Positions 11,839 through 22,456 of a stretch of 64,000 bases of DNA are shown piece after piece (the stretch's first letter is position 1; each line of letters opens with the position of its first letter). The DNA is from Eledone cirrhosa (taxonomy: Eukaryota): assembly GCA_964016885.1 (NCBI GenBank), contig OZ024747.1, positions 87,606,001 through 87,670,000 on the forward strand. The letters run 5' to 3'. Both the position numbers and the translations under genes were made by a program. The notes beneath the pieces were generated by a model. That model searched no databases and was not told the DNA's origin. It saw only the letters and a program-made list of their open reading frames with translations.

Positions 11839-12725
11839 CACATACACACATGTACTTCCCTGACATTTGTGTATTATTCTATGTACTATATTGACGAGTT
11901 GTAGTGCACCTGAGCACTTTACACAATAATTTCATTATTATTATTATTATTATTAACCATTCAGTCATGCTTGTGTTCACATATACACACACACACGCAC
12001 ACACATATATATTAGCAAATGAGGTATATCAAGCCACAAATTGTATATAAACAATAAACCCAATGAGACACTTTCACCCTCCTAGTGCAAACATTGATTG
12101 TTCCTCAGAAATGACTTTTCAACAATAAGTTTTATTAAGGTATAATCGTCAATATAATATTACAAATACAAAAAGAAAAAGAAAGAAAAGGGAAAGGAAA
12201 AAAGAAAGAGAAAAAAAACACACAAACAAATCATACAGACATCTAGGACCACATACAACAAACCACTGCCAGAGCAAAAGATAACAATTGTAACACATTA
12301 TACTATAACTACCAGAAGTTGTGACTGGAAGATAGTATCAGCAATGGAAAAAACAATGGAAACAGTTTCTTTGGTCCGATCTGATGATCAACTTCTTTTT
12401 TCCTATTATATATTTGCAGCAGCTATTCACAGTAACAATAAATGTTTGTTTAACACAGGTTTACTGAAATTTACAAATTACTACCATCAGATAAATTACC
12501 ACATTTCTAATAAATATAACATAATCCATTCTGTTTTAGATAGTATTAAGTAAACATTTACATAGCACTTGGTAAAATTTACATGGTATTTAGAAAAAAA
12601 TTTGCACAATTTTTGTTAACATTTAATATTTGACAATAACTTTCTAAGAATTTGACATTTAAATACATATGAGAATATATAAATATACCTATAAATATAC
12701 CTATAAATATATATATATTACTTAC

Positions 12726-12869
12726 CCATTGGCTCAATGGGGTAAATTTACCAGTGATTGCTTTGAGAACTTCTTGAGCCATAAATCCTCCAAGAATTGC
12801 ACAAAGAGGTGGAAAGCAACCTTTACAGGTTAATGACAGTTTCTTTATAAGGTTTTCATCAAGTTCCCC
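12726..12869 (-). CDS. UBA6: UBA6 exon (144 nt)
   Basis: ttcag acceptor, gtaagt donor; GELDENLIKKLSLTCKGCFPPLCAILGGFMAQEVLKAITGKFTPLSQW (AQEVLKAxTGKFxP motif). Confidence 0.96.
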
Positions 12870-13500
12870 CTGAAATTTGAACGGTAAGTTTTTAAAATGA
12901 TTTACTAACTTAAAATGAAACAAGAGGTAAACAATACACAAGGGGATCTTCCACTGGGCTAAGGGGGCAGGGAATGGTAGGTGCATCTATACAGGCTAGG
13001 GGTCAGGGGAAGGAAATAATGTGAGGATAGGACTGGGTAATGGGTAGGAGTAGAGTAGAAGTAAATGAATAAATAGATAAATGAATTAGTAAGTAAATGG
13101 GTGAATAGGATAAAATAAAATAGAATTTGAAGTATTTAAAAATATATAATTAAGTTAATAATATGGAAGGGTGACTTCTAGTTAAATGTGTGTATTATGT
13201 GTGCATACTGCATGCATTACATACACTCACAGACACACATATACACCCACACATATACATATATATATACAGAGAGAGAGGCATATATATATGTGTGTGT
13301 GTATGTACATATATATATATATGTACATATATACAAGCACATAAGTGTTCATACTCATGCCATACAAATCATATATATGTAATTGAAGTTACATTTACAT
13401 AAAGACAACAAAAGTCAAATTATTTGAGGTAGTCTCTATACACCAAATGATGGAAGAAATGAAGTTTTGCTTCGGTGCAGACCCTTACAATATTATTTAA

Positions 13501-13721
13501 CTCTTTAGCTTTTAAACCGGCTGTATCTGGCCAGAATTCTCTCACCTCTTTCTGTTCAAACTGGCTGTAACCAGCCGCTTATACTGATGTTATGGTATTG
13601 TTGTCAAAATAAATAATATCAAAATCTCATAGATTCGATATTACGTGAAATAATTATGTGAGGGAAAGCCTTTACCATGAAAATACAATAGTAAATATAG
13701 AGTAATGTAAATGCTAAAGGG
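13501..13721. mobile_element. ~220 bp MITE with TTAA target sites (piggyBac-like)
   Basis: TTAA-C(T)CTTTAGC...GCTAAAGGG-TTAA; family copies at 30351, 38640, 45500 (partial) and 55048. Confidence 0.8.
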
Positions 13722-13750
13722 TTAAACAAAAATTAGAAAAAGTCACTGAC

Positions 13751-13817
13751 CTGCATGGACATTGAAGAATTTAGTTCCTTGGCCTTTGATAGCAACAATT
13801 GAGCATCATCTGAACAT
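13751..13817 (-). CDS. UBA6: UBA6 exon (67 nt)
   Basis: tag acceptor, gtcagt donor; CSDDAQLLLSKAKELNSSMSMQ; phase fits both neighbours. Confidence 0.88.
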
Positions 13818-14019
13818 CTAGCAGGCACAAAAATAAAATAAGGAAATTATATTTTTCATGTTTATAAAATTTACTAAAATCAGTATTCTTTGTGTATGAT
13901 GCTGGATGCTAATTTTATTTATTGTACTCCATCACACACCAAAACATGCTCCTACAATTATTTCACTTTTATTGAAAATAAAACAGAACTAAAGTAGATT
14001 ACCTAAAAGTTATATATAT

Positions 14020-14433
14020 ATATCATCATCATTTCATTTTATATCTGCTTTTTCCCTGCTTGCAAGGGTGGGACAGGAACTGATTCTGGCTCGATTTCTA
14101 CAGCTGGATGCCCTTCCTAACACCAACCTCATTTACAGTGAGTGCTGGGTGCTTTTTTTGTCATGGCACCTCCACGCCCACTTTGCAGTGGAATGATATG
14201 AACCCCAGTCCCTATCATCTCATTTCTACAGCTGAGTAAACTGGAGCAATGTGAAATAAAGTGTCTTGCTCAAGGAAACAACACATCACCCGGTCTGAGA
14301 ATTGAACTCACAACCTTTCGATTGCAAGGACAATGCTCTAACCACTAAGGAAACAACACATCACCCAGTCTGAGAATTGAACTCACAACCTTTCGATTGC
14401 AAGGACAATGCTCTAACCACTAAGCCTTGTGCC

Positions 14434-14437
<4 letters not shown>
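14020..14437 (-). mobile_element. SINE family A, full length, with a 75-bp internal duplication of the tRNA head
   Basis: reverse complement of the 15220 copy; 14272-14346 is repeated at 14347-14421. Confidence 0.88.
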
Positions 14438-14467
<30 letters not shown>

Positions 14468-14641
14468 GAAAATATAGAAATTAATGTGAGCTAGAAGCCA
14501 ACAGTATTTCATAATATATAAATGACTATAACGTCAAAGTGGAAAATAATTAACGTAAGATGTGGGAAAATAATTCAAACTCAATAAAAAAAAAAAGTCA
14601 AGACAGATTTTATCCACAGATTTTGTGAAATCCAGGGAAAA

Positions 14642-14765
14642 AATGTTACTTGTTTTATATGGAAAAAAGTGGCTTGAAACGCCAGTTTTTTAGAGAAGTA
14701 ATTTGATTGGTTGGTCAATAAGTATAATAAATTTCGCGCCAGTTCGCGTTACAAAGTTCTTCAAA

Positions 14766-14800
<35 letters not shown>

Positions 14801-14920
14801 CTCAGGTTGTTTTTTCATATATGAAATTTATTATACTTATTGACCAACCAATCAATCAAATTACTTCTCAAAAAACCTGGCGTTTCAAGCCACTTTTTTC
14901 CATATAAGACAAGTAACATT
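14642..14920. repeat. Long inverted repeat (~95 bp arms) enclosing G34; MITE/foldback-like
   Basis: 14642-14735 is the reverse complement of 14823-14920; poly-G at 14767-14800. Confidence 0.9.
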
Positions 14921-15074
14921 CAAAGACCAACCAGATGTGAGAAAAACCACAGACCCTCCATCTCAACTCTACTTTTGAAAAGCAGAAGAACTGCGAAACC
15001 AGTAAAGGAACCAAATAAATATATATATTTTTTAAAAAATAAGACTCCAGTTACATTTTCGATTTCATCTTTTT

Positions 15075-15132
<58 letters not shown>

Positions 15133-15219
15133 CTATATATATATATATATGACTATCCAGGAAGCTCCAACCATTAAGGTTGTCTTTTTTCCGGGTATGT
15201 CAATATTTATTTATAAAAT

Positions 15220-15555
15220 GGAGGCACATGGCTTAGTGGTTAGAGCATTGGCCTTGCAATCGAAAGGTTGTGAGTTCAATTCTCAGACCGGGCGATGTGT
15301 TGTTTCCTTGAGCAAGGCACTTTATTTCACATTTCTCCAGTTTACTCAGCTGTAGAAATGAGATGATAGGGACTGCGGTCCCTATCATTCCACTGCAAAG
15401 TGGTCGTGGAGGTGCCACGGCAAAAAAGCACCCAGCACTCACTGTAAATGAGGTTGGTGTTAGGAAGGGCATCCAGCTGTAGAAATCAAGCCAGAATCTG
15501 TTCCCGTCCCACCCTTGCAAGCAGGGAAAACCCGACGTAAAAATAATGATGATGA
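15220..15555 (+). mobile_element. tRNA-derived SINE family A (chimeric copy)
   Basis: A box TGGCTTAGTGG, B box GAGTTCAATTC, internal hairpin atgatagggac/gtccctatcat, (GAT)n tail. Confidence 0.88.
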
Positions 15556-16250
15556 TATATATTTATGACTCTGAGCCATGGACATGTTACCACATTCACA
15601 TACATAAGCTTGATGTCTTCCCCAAACGCTGTCTTCGCTCTGTCTGTGGATATGCACTTTCTGACAGTCTCCAATGCTGAACTGTTCACAAGGTGCAACA
15701 TTGGTGGGATTGAGTCATTTCTGATGCAATTCTAACTCAGATGGGCTGGTCATGTTCTACAGATGCCTGGGGATCACACACCTGAGGTACTGTTGTACAG
15801 TCAGCTCTAGGATGGTGTGAATAGTGTACCCAGGCCACTACTCCGATATAAGGACACACTGAAGTACAATCTTTAACCTGTCAATGTACCTCTTTCTTCG
15901 TTTGAAGCCATGACTGTAAAAGATGGAGAACCGTCTGCCATGAAGGTATAAAGAGCTTTGAGAAATCTCGTTTAGCCCACCTTCATGAGATAAGATCTAA
16001 CACCAGAATCCGGTCAAGCATTCCAGCCTCTATCTATTTATCTATCTATCTATTCATCCATATGGTCCCTATCATTTCACTGCAAAGTGGTCGTGGAGGT
16101 GCCACGGCAAAAAAGCACCCAGCACTCACTGTAAATGAGATTGGTGTTAGGAAGGACATCCAGCTGTAGAAATCAAGCCAGAATCAGTTCCCATCCCACC
16201 CTTGCAAGCAGGGAAAAAAGTGGACGTAAAATGAAATGATGATGATGAAA
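15556..16250 (+). repeat. Inverted, circularly permuted duplicate of 1888-2575 plus the second half of the SINE
   Basis: 15378-16029 is the reverse complement of 1888-2540 with few substitutions; 16030-16080 is the reverse complement of about 2525-2575. Confidence 0.92.
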
Positions 16251-17067
16251 TGAAAACAAATCTGTATTTATCTGATGAAAGCGCACCATAATTTGCCTTG
16301 GTTGCCCTTGAAATATGTATAATAAAATAAATATGGTTTTATAAATATAGTTTCCATTTATTAATATATTGTGTATTTACTCCACTAATCTGTTGAGTGC
16401 TTTATATCAGTTATAAAAATGTTTAAGTTTGTTGAATCCCAACAAATTAAATATAACCTCTACATATATATATATATTAACTAGTCTGTGTACTATTATA
16501 ATATTATTCTGCAGCATTAAAAGAATGCTTATACCTACAGTAGATCCAAAAGTTCCACCCCCATAAAAGTGTTGCCTGGGGCAGACAGTTCCCTCGTCTC
16601 CCTCTAGCTACGCTAGTGGTGTGTGTGTGTGTGTGTGTGTTTCTGTCCATCAATGCCAGTGTTTGACAAATAGAAATAGATAAAATAAGCATTGGAGTTG
16701 ATATGATTAACTAAATTAAAAGGCAGAGTCACAGCATGGTCATAACTTGACTGAAACTAGTAAAAGAGTAAAAGAAAGAAAAAAAAGAGTACATATATGT
16801 ATATAATATTAATTTTTTTAAGAATATCTGAGCTTTTACTTTAAGGGTTTATACTTATGTTTTGTTAGGTGTGTATGTTTTCTTAATTACAGTTAGAGAG
16901 GGGGTAATATGTTTCCCTATGTATCCATCATTGCTACGATACAGCCCTACTTTATGGGGGTTATATGTGCTAATTTTAATTCTGTTTCTGGTATCTTTGC
17001 AATAAGATAATGTCTGCATGTAAAAATACTAAAATCAACATCAACAAGACAAGAGAATCCTACATAC

Positions 17068-17144
17068 CTGGTGTTGGGAAGTCTTCCATTCATCTGGTAA
17101 AATGATTGTAGAGCAAGAAATGCACAATGAATGCTGTGGGGAGC
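17068..17144 (-). CDS. UBA6: UBA6 exon (77 nt)
   Basis: aag acceptor, gtatgt donor; APHSIHCAFLALQSFYQMNGRLPNT(R). Confidence 0.9.
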
Positions 17145-17209
17145 CTTAGTATAAAAAAGAAAACAATCAAATAGCACCCTCGTTATTGCATGTGATATAT
17201 ATATATATA

Positions 17210-17248
<39 letters not shown>

Positions 17249-17370
17249 TTTATGCAGGGTTCAATCAGGGGTAACCACAGTAAGTAAGGTACTCAATGCA
17301 TAGCAGAGTATAAATAGTTAATATAGAAATGACTTCTACAGGACTAGAACTGTTTCATTCGGGAGAAATA

Positions 17371-17982
17371 TCTATATATCTAAAACAGAGAATGTCTGTC
17401 TGTCTGACTCCCTAAAACTCGAGAACCACCCAACCGATTCTTTTCAAACTTTACACATGTAATACTTATGGTTCTGTGAGTGTTTTGAGCAAATTTTCAA
17501 TGCCCTAGGGACCGCATTACGCGACTTAGCGATCTCTCTCTATAATTCTTAGTCTTTCTTTTTAGATAGATACATAGATATAACGTTGCGGCCTTATAAT
17601 ATCTTTCTGTATGTCTGGCTGTCTGCATTACAACATTATGACGTCACTGTGTGTATTTGTATATATTGTGTGTGTGTATATATATATATATATAGTGTGT
17701 AACGTTTTTCGAAATATTTACTTCTGCGTTCACAGATTGATTTTTTTAGTTTCAGAAGATCCCGTTAAGGGTGAAAGCAGCAATTCTTTGCTTAAATTTA
17801 ATCTGTTATTTTGATATATATATATATATATAATTATATATTCGTGTACAGATATTTTTGCATACACAATAACAAAATATAAACAAACGTATTTATTTCA
17901 CGAGGCTCGATAAGGATAAATATATATCAAATATATAAGAACCCTAGAGCAAATCCTGAGCAACGCCGGGCCATTCTGCTAG
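17371..17982 (+). mobile_element. Non-autonomous Helitron
   Basis: A|TCTATATATCTAAAA 5' end, (TGTC)n, subterminal GC-rich hairpin cctgagcaacgccggg, CTAG|T 3' end, no TSD. Confidence 0.78.
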
Positions 17983-18128
17983 TTAAATATATATATGTAT
18001 ATATATTGGAATTTCATATTTCTAAAGAAATACGATATGTTTATAGATAAACATTTAGAAAGTTGTAGCTATGCAAAAAATACCGGGGGTATCGTCCGCT
18101 GGTGGTGTCCAGCAGAAGCAAGGGGACA

Positions 18129-18172
18129 ATTGTCGATGCATTTCGAACTTAACTGGTTCTCATCAGGATGAA
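18129..18172 (-). ncRNA. Minimal type I hammerhead ribozyme-like motif (Penelope/retrozyme-type), probably decayed
   Basis: minus strand reads ttcatc-CTGATGA-GAAC-cagttaa-GTTC-GAAA-TGCA-TC-gacaa. Confidence 0.62.
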
Positions 18173-18197
18173 GAAGAATTACAATGAAAATACTTAC

Positions 18198-18260
18198 ATT
18201 CATTCGATTTAGATCAGGAGTTAACAAACTGGGTTTTGTCAGTTGGGTTTCTAGACAGTC
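18198..18260 (-). CDS. UBA6: UBA6 exon (63 nt)
   Basis: ttcag acceptor, gtaagt donor; DCLETQLTKPSLLTPDLNRMN. Confidence 0.9.
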
Positions 18261-20280
18261 CTGAAATTTTGCAGAATAAAACATTAAGGTTGGTTAGTAA
18301 ATCAATTACCAGTTATATACTGGTGTCAATTCAATTAACTATGCATCTAGAAATATGTGGCCTTAACTGAAGTCTAGTACATCATTAGAGTTAGTTGTTA
18401 AAACAATTAACTGTATTATACCTGTGTCAATTCAATCAATTATAAACCTTTCCTAGAAATATGTGACATCTACTGATGTCTAGTACATCATCATCATCGT
18501 TTAACATCTATCTTCCATGCTAGCATGGGTTATCATTGGTATTTATTTTGAAGATAAAAGACATACAGGATTTGAATTCAGTTTAATGAAATACTGAACT
18601 TTTTGTACCATAAAGATTTTGGCCTAGACATTGCTATTTATCCAATCCTAATAAAACTGAACAGTTGATTAAATAGATCCCAGTACTTGACTGGCACTAG
18701 CAATAATTAATTGTATTTATTATATGTGTTTATATTTTCATTCTGAATGAATTGTGAATAATTTGTAATATTATTTATACAACTATGAATAAAATGTAAT
18801 ATGATCTTCATCTTAATATACATTAATTTCATATACATATTGTATATTGTAACATATAAATGTTACAATATACATTAATTATTACTAATTCTATTACCAT
18901 TTTTGTTTCTATAACTTAGCATGTAATTTCACTTGTATTCATTCTATTTATATAGTGGCACTTTATTGAATTAAATTGAATGGAAATACCACATATCTAT
19001 ACTCTTAAACATATAGGCCTGTTCATATAGGCACACATACACAGAAAATTAATTGAAACAGTGTCTTTGTTAGGCTTCAAGTGGAAGACATTAATTTCTA
19101 TAATTAAATATAATTAACTATAATTAAATATGCAGACAAAAATACAAAAATTACCACATAAACAATATATCAAAATAATAGAATTATTGAAACAAATGAA
19201 TTTCTTTGATGTTATAGAGTAAATTTAGAAGTGGTATATATTAGCTCAGGGCAAGTTGTTCTTTACTATATCTTGTGATATAACCATAGGCTTATCCAAG
19301 TTGTCTTTTTTCTAAACAGATCATTAAAATTTCCTATTCATAAAATGTTTCTTTGCTGTGTGTATCTGGCTCAGAATAGGTACACAGTAGCCTTGTATGT
19401 TGCAAGAAGACACTAAAAGAGTTGACACCAGAAAAGGTATCCAACCATAAAAAATTGCCTTAAAATAGACCTTAGGATGAGTATTAAGCCCATCATGGAG
19501 CCCACAAGGCTAACCCCTGCTTTAGCAGAGAAAATGAATCTAAAACACTTGTTGTACAGAATGTTTCTTTTAAATGGAAACTAATAAAGGTTATATTGAA
19601 GAATCATGCTTATACCCATGGCATTTTAATTCTGTGGGCAAGAAATTAACTCTTTCATTGCCACCACCAATATAGGAACCCCATCAAATAGAATAGATCT
19701 CTGTTGGTTTCAACAAGGAGTGTTCCAATTGTTTTATAATTAGAAGAACCTGCTCATGCAATGAATGTGCAGGTGGTTGATCATTCCACAGACACAGATA
19801 CCTTCAATGTAATTCTCAGGGAGATTCAGCATGATACATTATGTGACAAGGCTAGCCCTTTGAAATACAGGTACAGACCATCTGACAAGCTTTTAAACAG
19901 TTTCTCACTACCCAGTTTTATTATACACAAGGCTAGGATCAATCCAAGACTATGGTAAAAGATGTAACATGATAGGATCAAATCCTGAAACCACATTGTT
20001 GTAAAACAAACTTCTTAATTTGGCTGCATTCACAACACCATCAAATATCCCCCCTGAAAAATAGTGACAGAGTAGAATATCCTTTTCACTTGGTTCCATT
20101 TGATTCGACATAGTCTTGGAATCATGAAAAACCATCAGGCTTCAAATGAAAAAAATAAACAATAGTTTCCTACTGAACCTCATGCAAGTCCAAGTTCAAA
20201 AGCTGTCTGAGTCAATTTTCCAGTTTATGAAAACTGAAGTGCTCCAGAAAAGGAAGAAAGCAAAAGGAAATATCTTGATA

Positions 20281-20378
20281 TCAATCACAACAAGTATTCT
20301 GTACTCAATCACAACAGGTATTCTGTACTCAACCACAATAGATATTCCATACTCAATCGCAATAGATATTCTGTACTC
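20281..20378. repeat. 24-bp minisatellite, about 4 copies
   Basis: unit tcaatcacaacaagtattctgtac with variants. Confidence 0.85.
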
Positions 20379-20938
20379 TAACATGTCATGAACTATCCAA
20401 CCATAAAGCACCCAGAGAATGTAACTGCTAAGGATTTCAATATATATTTTTGTTTGCATGCAGCTACCATATGTGAGAGGATTATTAAATAATGCGGCAG
20501 CTACATTTAAGTAAGGTGTGTCTGGGGGAGTTGCTGTTGAAGAGAGTGTTGAGCTGAATCTCAGAGATGGTGTGAAAATGTTTTGTTACATATGAGACAT
20601 GTTGAATGGAAAAGGGGTGATGGAAATGAATGTGGAAGGAGGTAGAAGGGAAAAACCAAGAAAGACATGGCTAAAGATGATGAAGGAGAAAATGAAAGCA
20701 GGTGAGGGGGAATACAGAGGATAGGCAAAATGGAGAAGCTTATCATGGGGTCTGCAACACTAACCCTTGCTTTAACAAGAAAAATGGCCTTAAGTACTTC
20801 TGTTTGTGCTGTTGTTGCATGTAGCTATTATATTGAGAGAAAGAAAAACAGACTGACAGATGTGAAATGCTTATTCTAATGTGTTTTGTGAACAATAACT
20901 CTGAATATAACATGAGGTCAAGATAGAAAAATGATTAC

Positions 20939-21048
20939 ATGATGTCCTTTCTCTGGAATCTTTAACTGCACACAAATTCCTCCTTGGTCATATTCACTGA
21001 ATTCCTCTCCACTTGTGTCACAAATCTTGAATGTGAAAGGATTTAACA
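20939..21048 (-). CDS. UBA6: UBA6 exon (110 nt)
   Basis: AG/GT bounded, phase matches both neighbours; (V)LNPFTFKICDTSGEEFSEYDQGGICVQLKIPEKGHH. Confidence 0.93.
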
Positions 21049-21279
21049 CTATACATAGAAGATAAAAAGAAAAAGAAATGAAAGTTATATACCCACCATC
21101 TAACAAGCTACATTATACACAACCAGGCACATTACTCAGTGAACAGAATCATCAGCAATATATACATTAACAATTATGAAACAATAAGATGAGATTTGTC
21201 TGCTATATCTTTCATTTCAAGCGACAACATAGAAACAACTCCATTGAGGATGTTCAGGACTACAACAGCTTTGATAAAA

Positions 21280-21471
21280 GTCTTTTCAGCCAGGAATAAC
21301 TTAATCTAACCCTCTCATCGCCATATTTCTAATGAGAGACATTGCTCATTTGAAAATAATAAAAAAAATCTAAATCCCTCCAAATGTTTTATTATTTTTA
21401 AATAGGCAATGTCTCTCATTAGAAATATGACAATGAGAGGGTTAGATTAAGTTATTCCTGGCTGAAAAGAC
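21280..21471. repeat. Near-perfect foldback palindrome (~85 bp arms)
   Basis: gtcttttcagccaggaataacttaatctaaccctctcat... pairs with ...atgagagggttagattaagttattcctggctgaaaagac. Confidence 0.92.
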
Positions 21472-21657
21472 CTGGCTCCAAACACCAACTTAAGACACAT
21501 TGTCTTGGATGCTATACACTGGAATCAAACCCAGAACCTTGTGATTGTAAAGTGAGCTTCTATACCATTCCACCATGCTGTGTTCACTATAATATCATTA
21601 CCGGTAAGCAAAAACAACAAAATTTCAAGAAAAAAATTGTATAAGAATGGAACCTAC

Positions 21658-21781
21658 CGGAAACTGAACAAACTTTTCCATTTAGGGCAGTCATACCTTT
21701 AACTTCTTTGAAAGTGACCTGATCTGTTGTCTGAAGATAATGTCGAGTGTTTTCTAAACAAGTCACAATAGCGGGATTACC
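21658..21781 (-). CDS. UBA6: UBA6 exon (124 nt), first catalytic cysteine half-domain (FCCH)
   Basis: AG/GT bounded; GNPAIVTCLENTRHYLQTTDQVTFKEVKGMTALNGKVCSVS. Confidence 0.95.
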
Positions 21782-22114
21782 CTGGAAAAGAAGAAATTAC
21801 AAACTCTCTGAGAAAATGTTTCTTGGTATAGTATCATAGAAATAGAAATAATGATGAAATAATTAATATTTCAAACAGATAACACTTGAACCTAAATTGA
21901 TATTAGAACACTGGCCAAAACAGTTCTATTAATCAAAATCATATATTTCAAATCTTCCAGTATAATTTTATATAAGAATGATATATTAAGTTACTATCTT
22001 AGACATGAAATAATTAATAGTTTTAGTAAATCCTTAAAAAATGATTTAAAAAGAGTGTATTTCATTAGAATACAGTCATGAAAGTGTTAATATTAACAGT
22101 TTAAAACTTAGTAC

Positions 22115-22237
22115 CTTAGTTATATTGCCAACAAACAATTCCTTTGGCTCTTCTCCATTAGTGTCAAAAATGTCAAATTCGTTTCCAAAATCACAGAAAC
22201 ACCCAGCAAAGACACCAAAAACATCTCCTGATATAAA
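22115..22237 (-). CDS. UBA6: UBA6 exon (123 nt)
   Basis: AG/GT bounded; FISGDVFGVFAGCFCDFGNEFDIFDTNGEEPKELFVGNITK (FCDFG motif). Confidence 0.95.
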
Positions 22238-22375
22238 CTGGAATTAGAATTATATGCCTTTATAAAAAAATATATATATAACATCATAAGAAAGCATATT
22301 AAAGAATTGTGAGAGAAATATATCTTTAAAATATCATTCTCTTAATTGCTATAGGAAAACACATCTATACCATAC

Positions 22376-22456
22376 CTTGATTGGAGGATCCTGTTTACGG
22401 CAAAAATCATTCACTTTACGTTGAACATCTAATGATATTTCTGTTAAAATGACACA
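22376..22456 (-). CDS. UBA6: UBA6 exon (81 nt)
   Basis: AG/GT bounded, phase 0-0; CVILTEISLDVQRKVNDFCRKQDPPIK. Confidence 0.93.

Larger units (their letters stand above)
6917..11952 (+). mobile_element. Apparently full-length CR1-group LINE (5' UTR, ORF1, APE-RT ORF2, (ATT)n tail), antisense in a UBA6 intron
   Basis: two-ORF layout; (ATT)n tail at 11935-11954; interrupts an old repeat (gcaaagtgaacttcTTAA | TTAAccattcagtcatgc) whose uninterrupted form is seen near 3135, 4805 and 21545. Confidence 0.88.

Noticed and set aside
12358-12400. GAAA...CTGATGA as a type II hammerhead
   Set aside because: No adequate stem I or stem II pairing.
12579-12986. 135-aa ORF as a standalone gene
   Set aside because: Only 12726-12869 is coding (UBA6 exon); the rest is intronic read-through. 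The same holds for the ORFs at 4745, 5633, 16947, 18069, 20918 and 23838.
15220-15295. tRNA gene
   Set aside because: The A and B boxes belong to a SINE head that runs straight into a multi-copy body; no convincing acceptor stem.
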